Assembly (NCBI GenBank): GCA_039680625.1
Contig: JBDKSN010000049.1
Coordinates: 1 to 51,433, forward strand
Direction of reading: 5' to 3'
Length of the DNA: 51,433 nt
Source of the DNA: Anaerolineales bacterium
Lineage (GTDB): Bacteria; Chloroflexota; Anaerolineae; UBA1429
The notes under the pieces were generated by a model that saw only the letters and a program-made list of their open reading frames with translations, did no database searches and was not told the DNA's origin. This document shows, one piece after another, positions 26,991 to 35,980 of this stretch (positions within the stretch are counted from its first letter, which is position 1; each line of letters starts with the position of its first letter). Position numbers and translations under genes: made by a program.

Positions 26991-28520
26991 CTAGAGCGAC
27001 ATGTTCCGCCGGCGATACTGCAGCGCCTCGGCTACATGCTGCGCGCGAATGACGTCGGCGCCATCCAAATCAGCGATGGTGCGCGCCAACTTTAGTACGC
27101 GATGGTAGGCCCGAGCGCTGAGGCCCATCTGGCGCATGGCGACCTTGATGAGCGACTGGCCGGCGGCGTCGGGTTGGCAATAGTGCCTGATCTCGGCCGG
27201 GCCCATGTCGGCATTGCAGTGTAGCGGCGTACCTGCCAGACGCTGTTCCTGGCGAGCACGTGCTGCCTCGACACGTAGACGCACTGTGCGCGAGCTCTCG
27301 CCCAGAGTCTCGCCGGTGAGCTTCTCATAGTCCACGGCGGGCACTTCGGTGTGAATGTCGATGCGGTCGAGCAGCGGCCCCGAGATACGCTTTTGATAGG
27401 CCTCGATCATGCCCCGCGAACAGGTGCACTCGTGCGTCGGGTCGCCATAGTAGCCACAAGGGCAGGGATTCATCGCTGCGATCAGCTGAAAGCTCGCGGG
27501 AAAGCACACCGCACCCGTCGCGCGCGAGATGGTCACCACTTTATCTTCCAGGGGCTGCCGCAGCACCTCGAGCGTTCGCGAGCCAAACTCGGGCAACTCG
27601 TCGAGAAAGAGGACTCCACGGTGGGCGAGAGAGATCTCCCCGGGACGTGGCCAGTGGCCGCCACCCACCAGACCAGCCTGTGAGATGGTGTGGTGCGGCG
27701 CGCGGAAGGGCCGTTGGCGTAATAGCGGCTGGCCAGCGGGCAGCTGGCCGCTGATCGAGTAGATCGTGGTCACCTCGAGCGCCTCTTCGATCTGCATGCG
27801 TGGCAGGATCGAGGGCAGTGCGCGGGCCATGAGCGTCTTGCCCGACCCTGGCGGGCCGACCATCAGCATACAGTGGCCACCCGCAGCCGCCACTTCGAGG
27901 GCGCGTTTGATGTGTTCCTGGCCGCGGATCTCGCTGAGATCGACGGCGGCGGGGAGGTCATCGTCATCGGCCTGTAGCTGCTGCCGAGCGAAGGGTTCGA
28001 TGAGCAGCAGGCCGTTGAGGTGCATGGCCAGTTGTCCCAGGGTCTCGACGGGATAGACGGCGATGTCGGGCACCAAAGCGGCTTCAGCGGCATCGATGGC
28101 AGGCACAAACACGGCCGCAAAGCCTTGAGCGCGAGCTACGGCGGCCATGGGCAACACGCCGTCGACATGGCGCACCGTGCCGTCGAGAGACAACTCGCCG
28201 ATGAACATCCAGGTGTCGGGGCAGGGGCGAATCTGGTTCGTGGCCAGGAGCACACCGACGGCGATGGGGAGGTCGTACGACGGCCCCTCTTTGTGCAGAT
28301 CGGCAGGGGCCAGGTTCACCGTAACGCGCTTGACAGCCGGATAACTGAGGCTCGAGTTCGTAATGGCCGCGCGCATGCGCTGTCGCGATTCCTGAATAGC
28401 CGCATCGGGCAGGCCAACGATATCGATGACCCCGGCAATGCCCGTGTGGACGTCGACCTCAACATCGACCGGCACGCCATCGAGCCCGACGACCGCACAG
28501 CTCTTGACTTTGGCCAACAT
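26991..28520 (-). CDS. comM: YifB/ComM family Mg-chelatase-like AAA+ ATPase
   Basis: MLAKVKSCAVVGLDGVPVDVEVDV, Walker A MVGPPGSGKT, and VLFLDELPEF. Start moved to 28520 (GAGGAG 6 nt upstream). Confidence 0.9.
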   Translation of the reverse strand: MLAKVKSCAVVGLDGVPVDVEVDVHTGIAGVIDIVGLPDAAIQESRQRMRAAITNSSLSYPAVKRVTVNLAPADLHKEGPSYDLPIAVGVLLATNQIRPCPDTWMFIGELSLDGTVRHVDGVLPMAAVARAQGFAAVFVPAIDAAEAALVPDIAVYPVETLGQLAMHLNGLLLIEPFARQQLQADDDDLPAAVDLSEIRGQEHIKRALEVAAAGGHCMLMVGPPGSGKTLMARALPSILPRMQIEEALEVTTIYSISGQLPAGQPLLRQRPFRAPHHTISQAGLVGGGHWPRPGEISLAHRGVLFLDELPEFGSRTLEVLRQPLEDKVVTISRATGAVCFPASFQLIAAMNPCPCGYYGDPTHECTCSRGMIEAYQKRISGPLLDRIDIHTEVPAVDYEKLTGETLGESSRTVRLRVEAARARQEQRLAGTPLHCNADMGPAEIRHYCQPDAAGQSLIKVAMRQMGLSARAYHRVLKLARTIADLDGADVIRAQHVAEALQYRRRNMSL

Positions 28521-28580
28521 GCCCATCTCCTCGCCAGCTTGGTGAGGCATTCTAGCATGGTGGGCAACGTTGCTCAAAGC

Positions 28581-30233
28581 CTAATGGCGGATGCGCACCA
28601 GGGGGAGCATAAGCTGCGCTTTGGGGGGCCAGAAGGCATTGTTCGACACGGCCGACCACAGGATGCCGGGTGCCCGGACGCTGTCGGCGCGCAGAGCGAA
28701 GTAGAGCGTGCCGCCAGTGTAAGGCACGCCTTGGGCTATGAAAGACCCGGTGGAGCCCGGCAGGTCGGCGGCGAGGAGCTCGGCCTCAGCCCAATTGGCC
28801 GAGGTGATGGACGTCGATGCATAGCGAATGGTGATCGACCGGGCGTTGGCCGGTGGCGTCCAAGAGAGCACCAGGTCGACTTGCCCTGCGGTCGGGCCAG
28901 TGATCGAGGCGATGCTCAAGTCGTCGACGCGGGCCGGCGGCGTGATCTGGCTCATTGCTTGGGCGGCGTCGATGCGGCCCCAGCCATAGTCTTGATCCCA
29001 CCCCTTGGGGCCGAGATCGACGGCGGTCTTGGCCAAGACATCTTCGATCTCGTCCGGGCCGAGGCTCGCCCCGGCGCTCAGCAACAGCACGCTCAAGCCG
29101 GAAACCAAAGCCGTAGACATCGAGGTGCCCTGCCAATAGTCATAGTTGCGCGCCAGGCCAAGATTGCGGGTCGCCGTGACCGAATAGGTCGGCATGGTAC
29201 TATAGATGCCGTCGACAACGCGCTCGGTTTTGTCGCCGCCTGGTGCCGCGAGGTCGACGTAGGCGCCATAGTTCGAGTATCTGGCATAGACGTCATTGCG
29301 GTTGGTAGCCGCTACCGCGATGACATGTTCACAGGCGGCCGGATAGGTGGGCCTATCGATCGCATCGTTGCCCGCAGCAGCCACCACAACGACACCCGCT
29401 GCGTAGGCTCGATCGATCGCCGCCTGCATCGCCGCCGGGCCGCCATAAGTGGCCAGGCTCAAGTTGATCACGTCGGCGCCGTTGGCGATGGCCTCGTCGA
29501 TCGCCCTGACGATGGAGGATGTCGTCCCCACGCCTTTAGCATCAAGCACACGGATGATCCGCAGCTCGGCCCGCCAATCAGTGCCGGCAATGCCGACCGT
29601 GTTGTTGGTCACGGCACCGACAATGCCGGCAATGTGGGTGCCATGCCCGTATTCATCGTTAGGCGCGCCTCCGTCTACATAGTCGCCCCCGTTCGTGATC
29701 CTCGCGGCCAGATCGGGATGCGTCAAGTCGATGCCCGAGTCGATGATGGCGACGCATAGCGCCGCATCGCCCGTGCTCAAATCCCACGCCGAGGGTGACC
29801 CGACGAGCGTGTGGTACCATTGGCGACTGAGGTAGGGGTCGTTAGGCGTGCCCTGAGCATAGACGTAATAGTCGGGTTCAGCGGTCAAGACGCCCGGCTG
29901 TGCGCTCAGGCGGGCGGCCACCGCTAGTTCGTCTCCTTCGGGCACTTGGACCAGGGCCAGGTCATCGGCGATGACCTCAGGGTGAGAGACTTGAGGCACG
30001 TCGAGTGCGGCGGCGCGCGCTGTGTCTGGCGCTGCCGACTCATAGAGCACCAATACCTGCCCCGGCACATAGTCAGGGTCGAACGTCGAGGCGCGATCCC
30101 AATCGGCAGGCAATTCGAGGGGGCTTCGGTCCGGAGGAGGCTCGGCCCGAGCGCCTCGCGCCAGTAATAGCCCCAAGAGGAGGACAAGCACCCCCAGGCG
30201 CCACAGCTTGTGATCAGAACGCCGTACAGACAT
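28581..30233 (-). CDS. secreted S8 (subtilisin-like) serine peptidase
   Basis: Catalytic triad contexts AIIDSGID, HGTHIAGIVGA and GTSMSTALVSG. Signal peptide MSVRRSDHKLWRLGVLVLLLGLLLARGARA begins at the ATG at 30233. Confidence 0.85.
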   Translation of the reverse strand: MSVRRSDHKLWRLGVLVLLLGLLLARGARAEPPPDRSPLELPADWDRASTFDPDYVPGQVLVLYESAAPDTARAAALDVPQVSHPEVIADDLALVQVPEGDELAVAARLSAQPGVLTAEPDYYVYAQGTPNDPYLSRQWYHTLVGSPSAWDLSTGDAALCVAIIDSGIDLTHPDLAARITNGGDYVDGGAPNDEYGHGTHIAGIVGAVTNNTVGIAGTDWRAELRIIRVLDAKGVGTTSSIVRAIDEAIANGADVINLSLATYGGPAAMQAAIDRAYAAGVVVVAAAGNDAIDRPTYPAACEHVIAVAATNRNDVYARYSNYGAYVDLAAPGGDKTERVVDGIYSTMPTYSVTATRNLGLARNYDYWQGTSMSTALVSGLSVLLLSAGASLGPDEIEDVLAKTAVDLGPKGWDQDYGWGRIDAAQAMSQITPPARVDDLSIASITGPTAGQVDLVLSWTPPANARSITIRYASTSITSANWAEAELLAADLPGSTGSFIAQGVPYTGGTLYFALRADSVRAPGILWSAVSNNAFWPPKAQLMLPLVRIRH

Positions 30234-30304
30234 GTGCCGACTATATCCCGTGAGTGTTCTCCTACGCCTTGACGATCCTACCACTATAGGAGTTCCGCCC
30301 AGGC

Positions 30305-31108
30305 TCAGGCCCACAGCCGCAGCGGAGCCGCTCCCCAGCCCAAGCGATAGCGAAGCGTCAACCAAATCGCGGTGATGGCCAGGCCGCCCAGGAGCCAACA
30401 CCAATCGACGCCGCGCATGTGCAGCCGATGCAGCCAGGTGCGATGCGGCACCGCGCCGAGGGCGCGGGCATCGAGCGCGTGGGCCAGGTTGGTGGCTGTG
30501 CGCAGCGCCGAGATGAGCATGGCCACGGTGATGGGCACATAGGCGCGCGCCCTGGCCAACGGCCCCAGACGAGCGAGATCGAGCCCTCGCGCCTGCTGCG
30601 CCTCTTCGGTCATACGAAAGAGCTCAGCCATGGTGGGCACATAGCGCAGCGCCATGGCCAGCGTCAGACACCAGACATAGGGCAATCCTAGCCAGTGTAG
30701 GCTGAGGGTCAGGTGCGTCTCGGACGTGGTGAATAGCCAGGCGAACAGGACCAGCGCGACGGCGGCTAGCCGCAGGGCGATCGCCGCGCCCCGGGCCAGA
30801 CCGGCCCAGGTGAGGTGAATGTGCCACCAACTGAAGAACGCCGGCCCTTCGCCCGGGTAGAACAGCACCCAGAGCACAAAGACCAGCACGACCGTGATCC
30901 CGATGGCGCGCCAGATGCCGCGTATGCGGTCGTGGGCGATGTGTGCCGAAACCAGCACCCCCTGCCCGACGGCCACCATCAGGGCCATGAGCCAGACGTT
31001 GCCCGTGACAAAGATGAGGATCAAGCCACAGGCCATGAGGGCGAGCTTGACGCGCGCATCCATGCGATGAAGCCAGGAGTCCGCAGGATGATATAGGCTA
31101 GCCAGCAT
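30305..31108 (-). CDS. ecfT: ECF transporter transmembrane component
   Basis: CbiQ/EcfT-like polytopic protein with LHRMDARVKL and ARG..L motifs. It lies last in the S-A-A'-T operon. Start chosen at 31108 (MLASLYHP...). Confidence 0.7.
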   Translation of the reverse strand: MLASLYHPADSWLHRMDARVKLALMACGLILIFVTGNVWLMALMVAVGQGVLVSAHIAHDRIRGIWRAIGITVVLVFVLWVLFYPGEGPAFFSWWHIHLTWAGLARGAAIALRLAAVALVLFAWLFTTSETHLTLSLHWLGLPYVWCLTLAMALRYVPTMAELFRMTEEAQQARGLDLARLGPLARARAYVPITVAMLISALRTATNLAHALDARALGAVPHRTWLHRLHMRGVDWCWLLGGLAITAIWLTLRYRLGWGAAPLRLWA

Positions 31109-31955
31109 GGGGCGCGTCCTTGCGCAACAGAGCCAGGTAGGCCTCGACAAAGGCTTCCACTGTGAGCGGGTCGCTCGGCATGCCCAAGTCGCTCAGGCGT
31201 ATAGCCAGGCGCATGACCTGCGGCGGCGCCAACCGCGCCTCGCGCAAGAGATCGAGCTGGCCGAAGAACTCGGCGGGAGGTGCAGAGGCTACAATGCGGC
31301 CATCGCGCATGAGGAGTACGCGCTGCGCGTACTCGGCCACCAACTCCATATCGTGGGAGATGAACAAGATCGTGTGCCCCTGAGCGTGCAAGGCACGAAA
31401 GCGGTCGAGCAGCTCGTGGGCACTGCGCCAGTCTAGCTCGGCAGTGGGCTCGTCGAGCACAAAGATGCGCGGACGCATGGCATAGACCGCGGCCACGCTG
31501 ACCAGGCGGCGCAGGCCAAAGCCCAGGGTGGCGGGCGGCTGATCGACATAGGCCTCGAGGCCAAACGCACGCAGTGCGTCATCGATGCGGGCGCGCACTT
31601 CGTCGGCGCCCAGATGGAGGTTGTGCAAGCCAAAAGCAAGCTCATCGTGGACGCTGCTCGCAAAGATCTGATGGTCGGGGTTCTGGAATACGTAGCCGAC
31701 ATCGCGCGCTAGCTCGCCCACGGTGAGGGCGCGGGTGTCGCGGCCAAACACTGAAACAGAGCCAGAGTCTGGCTTGAGCAAGCCGTTGAGATGCTTGGCC
31801 AAGGTGCTCTTGCCCGAACCATTCTGGCCGACCAGGGCGCAGAACTCACCGCCCTCGATCATCAGGTCTACGCCGTCGAGCGCGGGCACGCCGGGGTAGT
31901 GATAGTGCACCCCGTGAACCTGCACGGCATCGCGTCGGTCGCCCTCTTCAGACAT
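31098..31955 (-). CDS. ecfA: ECF transporter ATPase
   Basis: Walker A GQNGSGKST, Walker B IFVLDEPTAELD, and H-loop ISHD. Confidence 0.85.
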   Translation of the reverse strand: MSEEGDRRDAVQVHGVHYHYPGVPALDGVDLMIEGGEFCALVGQNGSGKSTLAKHLNGLLKPDSGSVSVFGRDTRALTVGELARDVGYVFQNPDHQIFASSVHDELAFGLHNLHLGADEVRARIDDALRAFGLEAYVDQPPATLGFGLRRLVSVAAVYAMRPRIFVLDEPTAELDWRSAHELLDRFRALHAQGHTILFISHDMELVAEYAQRVLLMRDGRIVASAPPAEFFGQLDLLREARLAPPQVMRLAIRLSDLGMPSDPLTVEAFVEAYLALLRKDAPHAG

Positions 31956-32817
31956 GAGGCATCGTTAGCCAGCTGCGCAGGTCGCGCTCGGCTACGTCTA
32001 GTTGGTAGAAGGTGGGGGCATCGCCCAGCTGTGCGCGTAGCGCGGCAGCAATGCGGCTCACTTGAGGAGGGGCCACGCCCGCCATGGCTAACACCTCGGG
32101 CTGCGCAAAGGCCTGTTCTGGAGAGGCGTCGAGCAAGATAGCGCCCTCATTGAGCACAACCACTCGCTGCGCGAATTGGGCTACCTGCTCGGCATCCTGC
32201 GTGGCCAAGATGACCGTCATTTGCCGTTCACTGCACAGGCGTTCGATAGCGCCAACGACCTCATCGCGCCCAAGTGGGTCTAGCCCTGAAGTGGGTTCGT
32301 CGAGCACAAGGATCTCGGGCCGCATCGCCAGCGCTGCAGCGATAGCCACGCGCTGCTTCTGCCCACCCGACAGTTGGACTGGCCCCCGATTCCGCAATGG
32401 CTGCAGGTCGAGCAGATCGAGCGCCCAGTCCAGTCGCATGCGGACCTCGTCTAGCGGGAGGCCGAGATTCTCGGGGCCAAAGGCCACCTCTTGCTCTACC
32501 GTCGGTGAAAAGAGCTGGCTCTCGGGGTCTTGAAAGACGAGGCCCACACGCCGCGCGAGCTGGGCGACGGGCACCGTGCGAGTCTCTTGCCCGAAAATGT
32601 GCACACTGCCGTGGATCGACCCGCCCGTGGCCTGGGGAACGAGCCCGTTCAGGGCCATGCAGAGCGTCGATTTGCCCGCGCCGGTGTGCCCCATCAGGGC
32701 GACGAACTCGCCGGCGGCCACAGTCAGGTTGATGTCGCGCAGGGCGTAGGGGGCGACGCTACCTGGCCGCAAGGCCGGGTAGCGATAGGACAGGTCGCGG
32801 ATCTCGATAGCCAGCAC
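31948..32817 (-). CDS. ecfA: ECF transporter ATPase (second copy)
   Basis: Walker A GHTGAGKST, signature LSGGQKQRVAIA, and Walker B ILVLDEPTSGLD. The GTG start at 32817 lies just after the S-component stop, so the long 395-aa track ORF is an artefactual extension. Confidence 0.8.
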   Translation of the reverse strand: MLAIEIRDLSYRYPALRPGSVAPYALRDINLTVAAGEFVALMGHTGAGKSTLCMALNGLVPQATGGSIHGSVHIFGQETRTVPVAQLARRVGLVFQDPESQLFSPTVEQEVAFGPENLGLPLDEVRMRLDWALDLLDLQPLRNRGPVQLSGGQKQRVAIAAALAMRPEILVLDEPTSGLDPLGRDEVVGAIERLCSERQMTVILATQDAEQVAQFAQRVVVLNEGAILLDASPEQAFAQPEVLAMAGVAPPQVSRIAAALRAQLGDAPTFYQLDVAERDLRSWLTMPHV

Positions 32818-32825
32818 GAGAAACG

Positions 32826-33359
32826 CTATTCCTCGCGCCACCCACCGGGGTTGCGTAGCTGAGCAATGGCTGGGTAGGCACGCTCGACCGCATAGTAGAG
32901 GGGCAGCCCTACGGCGCCGCCGACTACCGCTTGGGCCACGTTGAAGGGCACACTGAACAGTGCGGGTTTCCAGCCCGTGAACACCACGGCTTCGCCAATA
33001 TAGTAGACGGCGACCATACTGACGGCGCCTGCTGCCCAGCCGACCAACGTCCTCCGGCGTCCACGACCCTGGCGGGCGATGAGGCCGATCAGCAGGCCTT
33101 CTGAGCCATGCGCCAATAGCGAGATACCGGCCCACTGACCATAGCCGCCCATGAAATCAGCCAGCGCGGTGCCGATGCCGCCGGCGGCCAGGCCCACCAC
33201 TGGGCCAAAAGCGACACTGGCGAAGGTGATGGCCACGTCCGAGAGGTTGACGTATCCCTCGGTGCCGGGGATCGGGATCTTGGGCACTACGGTGAACACG
33301 GTCGTCACGGCGATCATGATCGCCAACAGAGCGATACGCATTGCCTGGTTCTTGCCCAT
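32826..33359 (-). CDS. ECF transporter substrate-specific (S) component, substrate unknown
   Basis: A 177-aa protein with about 6 TM helices. GYVNLSDVAITFASVAFGPVVGLAAGGIGTALADFMGGYGQW resembles S components. AAAGGAG RBS is present. Confidence 0.65.
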   Translation of the reverse strand: MGKNQAMRIALLAIMIAVTTVFTVVPKIPIPGTEGYVNLSDVAITFASVAFGPVVGLAAGGIGTALADFMGGYGQWAGISLLAHGSEGLLIGLIARQGRGRRRTLVGWAAGAVSMVAVYYIGEAVVFTGWKPALFSVPFNVAQAVVGGAVGLPLYYAVERAYPAIAQLRNPGGWREE

Positions 33360-33380
33360 GTTGGCTCCTTTCGATGGGGG

Positions 33381-34853
33381 TCAGAGGTGCTCGTTGGCCT
33401 TGGCCTGTTCCCATATGGCGTCCATCTCGGCCGGGCTCAGCGACGCCACATCGCGACCGGCTTGCACCGCATAGGCCTCGATAGCGCGAAAGCGCCGGCC
33501 GAACCGCGCATTGGCCTCACGCAAGGCATCTTCTGCGTCGATGCCGTGCCAGCGCGCGATGTTGACCAGAGCAAAGAGCACATCGCCCAACTCGCGAGCT
33601 TGGGCCGCGCTATCGGGCGCAGCAGCAAACTCGGCGAGCTCTTCGTCCAGCTTGGCGCGAACCTGCGCTTCATCCGTCCAGTCAAAACCCACCCGTGCCA
33701 CGCGCTCCTGGATCTTGAGCGCCTGGGCGAGCGCGGGCAACGCCTGGTTGAGGCCGTCGAGCATCGAACGGCGCCCCTGGCCGTTGTCGATGCGCTCCTG
33801 GCGCTTGATCTGCTCCCAGTTCTGCAGCACTTGCTCCGGACTCTGTGCCTCGACATCGGCGAACACGTGCGGGTGTCGCCGCACCAGCTTGGCGATCGCA
33901 TAGGCGATGCTATCGCTCAGGCGGAACTCGCCCGACTCCTCGGCGATTTGGGCGTGAAACAGGATCTGCAGCAACAGGTCGCCCAGCTCTTCGCACAGCT
34001 CTTGCGTGTCGCCCGCATCGAGGGCAGCGAGCACCTCATAGGTCTCTTCGAGAAGATAGGTGCGGAGCGACTCGTGCGTCTGCTCGCGGTCCCACGGGCA
34101 CCCGTCGGGGGCGCGCAGGCGAGCCATCACCTCTTGATAGCTAGAGAGCGAGCCCGGGACGGCCAACGGCGGTACATAGAGCGACGAGAGATGATCGAGA
34201 CAAGTCTGTCGGTCGAGCTGGTACAGGGGCAAGTCGTGCACGGCCTGGTCGACCAGCCCCGCGTGGTAGACCAGCCGCACGGGATGCTCATCGGGGTAGA
34301 CCGCCATGAGCGTAAGCTTGGCATCCGAGGCGAGCTGCTGGTTGTAGACCTGGACGATTAACGCCGGCACGTCGGGGTCGAGGGGCGGATGATGACGCTG
34401 GCTCAGCAGGGTGGCGTCGCAAATCTGCAGCCCGTCGAATGCGTCGATGCCCAGGGCGGCCAGCGTCGGCTCGACAAAGCTGATGCCATGAACGATGCGC
34501 ATCGAGAGGTCGTGTTGGGGAACCTGACGCAGGAGGTGCTGCACGGTAGCTTCACCCAGTAGAGGGTCGCCGGGCACCGCGTAGAGCACACCGTCGGTTC
34601 TGGCACCCAGGGCCAGCACCTGTGCGACGATCGCCGCATACACCTCCTCAAAGGTCTCGTTCTGCTCATAGAGCTCGTCAAAGCTATGCAGGCGGTCGCC
34701 AAGCTCCTCGGCGAGACGGGTGCCCTCGAACACGGGGTGGATGCGCGTGCGCGCAAATACCTCTGGGGCAGCGAGCAACAGCTCATAGGCTTCAACAGTC
34801 AGCAATCGCGGGTCGCCTGGGCCGAGCCCAACAATGGTAATGCCTGCTGGCAT
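33381..34853 (-). CDS. mazG: YabN-like fusion: tetrapyrrole-methylase-like domain + tandem MazG NTP pyrophosphohydrolase domains
   Basis: The N-terminus reads ITIVGLGPGDPRLLTVEA. MazG motifs are CPWDREQTHESLRTYLLEETYEVLAALD and EELGDLLLQILFHAQIA, with a second MazG repeat (ELGDVLFALVNIARW). Start at the ATG at 34853. Confidence 0.85.
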   Translation of the reverse strand: MPAGITIVGLGPGDPRLLTVEAYELLLAAPEVFARTRIHPVFEGTRLAEELGDRLHSFDELYEQNETFEEVYAAIVAQVLALGARTDGVLYAVPGDPLLGEATVQHLLRQVPQHDLSMRIVHGISFVEPTLAALGIDAFDGLQICDATLLSQRHHPPLDPDVPALIVQVYNQQLASDAKLTLMAVYPDEHPVRLVYHAGLVDQAVHDLPLYQLDRQTCLDHLSSLYVPPLAVPGSLSSYQEVMARLRAPDGCPWDREQTHESLRTYLLEETYEVLAALDAGDTQELCEELGDLLLQILFHAQIAEESGEFRLSDSIAYAIAKLVRRHPHVFADVEAQSPEQVLQNWEQIKRQERIDNGQGRRSMLDGLNQALPALAQALKIQERVARVGFDWTDEAQVRAKLDEELAEFAAAPDSAAQARELGDVLFALVNIARWHGIDAEDALREANARFGRRFRAIEAYAVQAGRDVASLSPAEMDAIWEQAKANEHL

Positions 34854-34880
34854 GTGCTCCTCTCGGTAGATGTCCAGGGC

Positions 34881-34909
34881 ATTATACAACGGCGCAGGGC
34901 AGGCCCCAA
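34881..34909 (-). promoter_or_regulatory. candidate promoter of the mazG-ECF operon
   Basis: The minus strand reads TTGGGG (34909-34904), a 17-nt spacer, then TATAAT (34886-34881). This leaves only a ~20-nt leader. Confidence 0.3.
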
Positions 34910-34934
34910 GGCGCTGGCCAGAGGGATAGTCTCC

Positions 34935-34963
34935 TTGCACCACTACAACCCAGGTGATAGAAT
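34935..34963 (+). promoter_or_regulatory. candidate promoter of the SDR gene
   Basis: TTGCAC (34935-34940), a 17-nt spacer, then TAGAAT (34958-34963) with TG one base upstream (TGATAGAAT). Confidence 0.4.
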
Positions 34964-35035
34964 CGGATCGACGTCCCGAGAAGGGTATCGCAGATTGTTT
35001 TGACGGGCAGTGTTGGCGCACGGAAGGGTGTTCTC

Positions 35036-35060
35036 TGCCGCCGGGTACCAGCCGGCGGCA
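35036..35060 (+). promoter_or_regulatory. 9-bp GC hairpin in the SDR leader
   Basis: TGCCGCCGG-gtaccag-CCGGCGGCA, followed by ATCTATT, 28 nt before the ATG at 35088. Confidence 0.3.
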
Positions 35061-35087
35061 ATCTATTAACGTGTGGGGAGTGATGAC

Positions 35088-35852
35088 ATGCTCAAACTAG
35101 ATCTGACGGGGCATACCGCGGTAGTGACCGGGGCGACGGGCCAGCTCGGGCGGGCGATTACGCGCACGCTGGCGGATTGCGGCGCCGACGTTGCCATCCA
35201 CTATCACCACAATGAGGCGATGGCCAGCAAGCTGCTGGCTGAAGTGACTGGCATGGGGCGCCATGCGTGTATGGTCAAAGCCGATGTGACCCAAGAGGCC
35301 GACGTCATGCATATGCGCGACGAGGTCGTGGCCCAGATCGGCACGCCCGACATCATCTGCTGCAACGCGGTCATCCAGTACAAGTGGGTGCATGTGCTCG
35401 ATCAGCCGCTGGCCGACTATCAGTCGCAGTTCGACAGCTGCGTCATTCACAACGTGCTGATGGCCAAGGCGTTTGTGCCAGGGATGATCGAGAAGGGTTG
35501 GGGCCGTGTGATCGGCACCAACACCGAGTGCTCGATGCAGTGCTTCCCCACCCAGTCTGCCTATGTGGCGGGCAAGCGCGGTATGGATGGCGTGTATCGC
35601 ATCTTGGCCAAAGAGGTTGGCAAGTACAATATCACTGTCAACCAGGTGGCCCCCGGCTGGACGATCAGTGAGGACCATCCGAATACTGGCCCCGGCATCG
35701 ACGATGATTATGTCCGTCAGGTGCCGTTAGGCCATCGTGGTGAAGCGCAGAATATCGCCAACGCCGTGGCGTTCTTTGCCTCGGACCTGGCCAAGTTCAT
35801 CACGGGGATGTACTTGCCTGTCTGTGGCGGCTTTGTGATGCCGTGCATCTAG
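35088..35852 (+). CDS. SDR family oxidoreductase (FabG-like)
   Basis: TGATGQLGRAI cofactor motif and a YVAGK catalytic Y-x3-K. Confidence 0.8.
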   Translation: MLKLDLTGHTAVVTGATGQLGRAITRTLADCGADVAIHYHHNEAMASKLLAEVTGMGRHACMVKADVTQEADVMHMRDEVVAQIGTPDIICCNAVIQYKWVHVLDQPLADYQSQFDSCVIHNVLMAKAFVPGMIEKGWGRVIGTNTECSMQCFPTQSAYVAGKRGMDGVYRILAKEVGKYNITVNQVAPGWTISEDHPNTGPGIDDDYVRQVPLGHRGEAQNIANAVAFFASDLAKFITGMYLPVCGGFVMPCI

Positions 35853-35924
35853 GCCGCCGGGCACCAGGCGAGTAGGTCTAGAAGAGAGGTCAGGGTGAGG
35901 CCAGCGCATCACCCTGGCCATGAT

Positions 35925-35961
35925 CGTAAAGAAAAGAGGACGGCCAGACGGCCGCCCTCTT
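35925..35961 (-). terminator. intrinsic terminator of the EF-G paralog
   Basis: Minus-strand stem of 11 of 12 bp (AAGAGGGCGGCC / GGCCGTCCTCTT, 4-nt loop), followed by TTCTTTAC. Confidence 0.5.
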
Positions 35962-35980
35962 GGTCTCTGCTGGACAGAGA

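Noticed and set aside
28020-29759. A 579-aa ORF on the plus strand.
   Set aside because: It is antisense to comM and the S8 peptidase, both of which carry unambiguous catalytic motifs. The sequence is low-complexity and Arg/Gly/Asp-rich.
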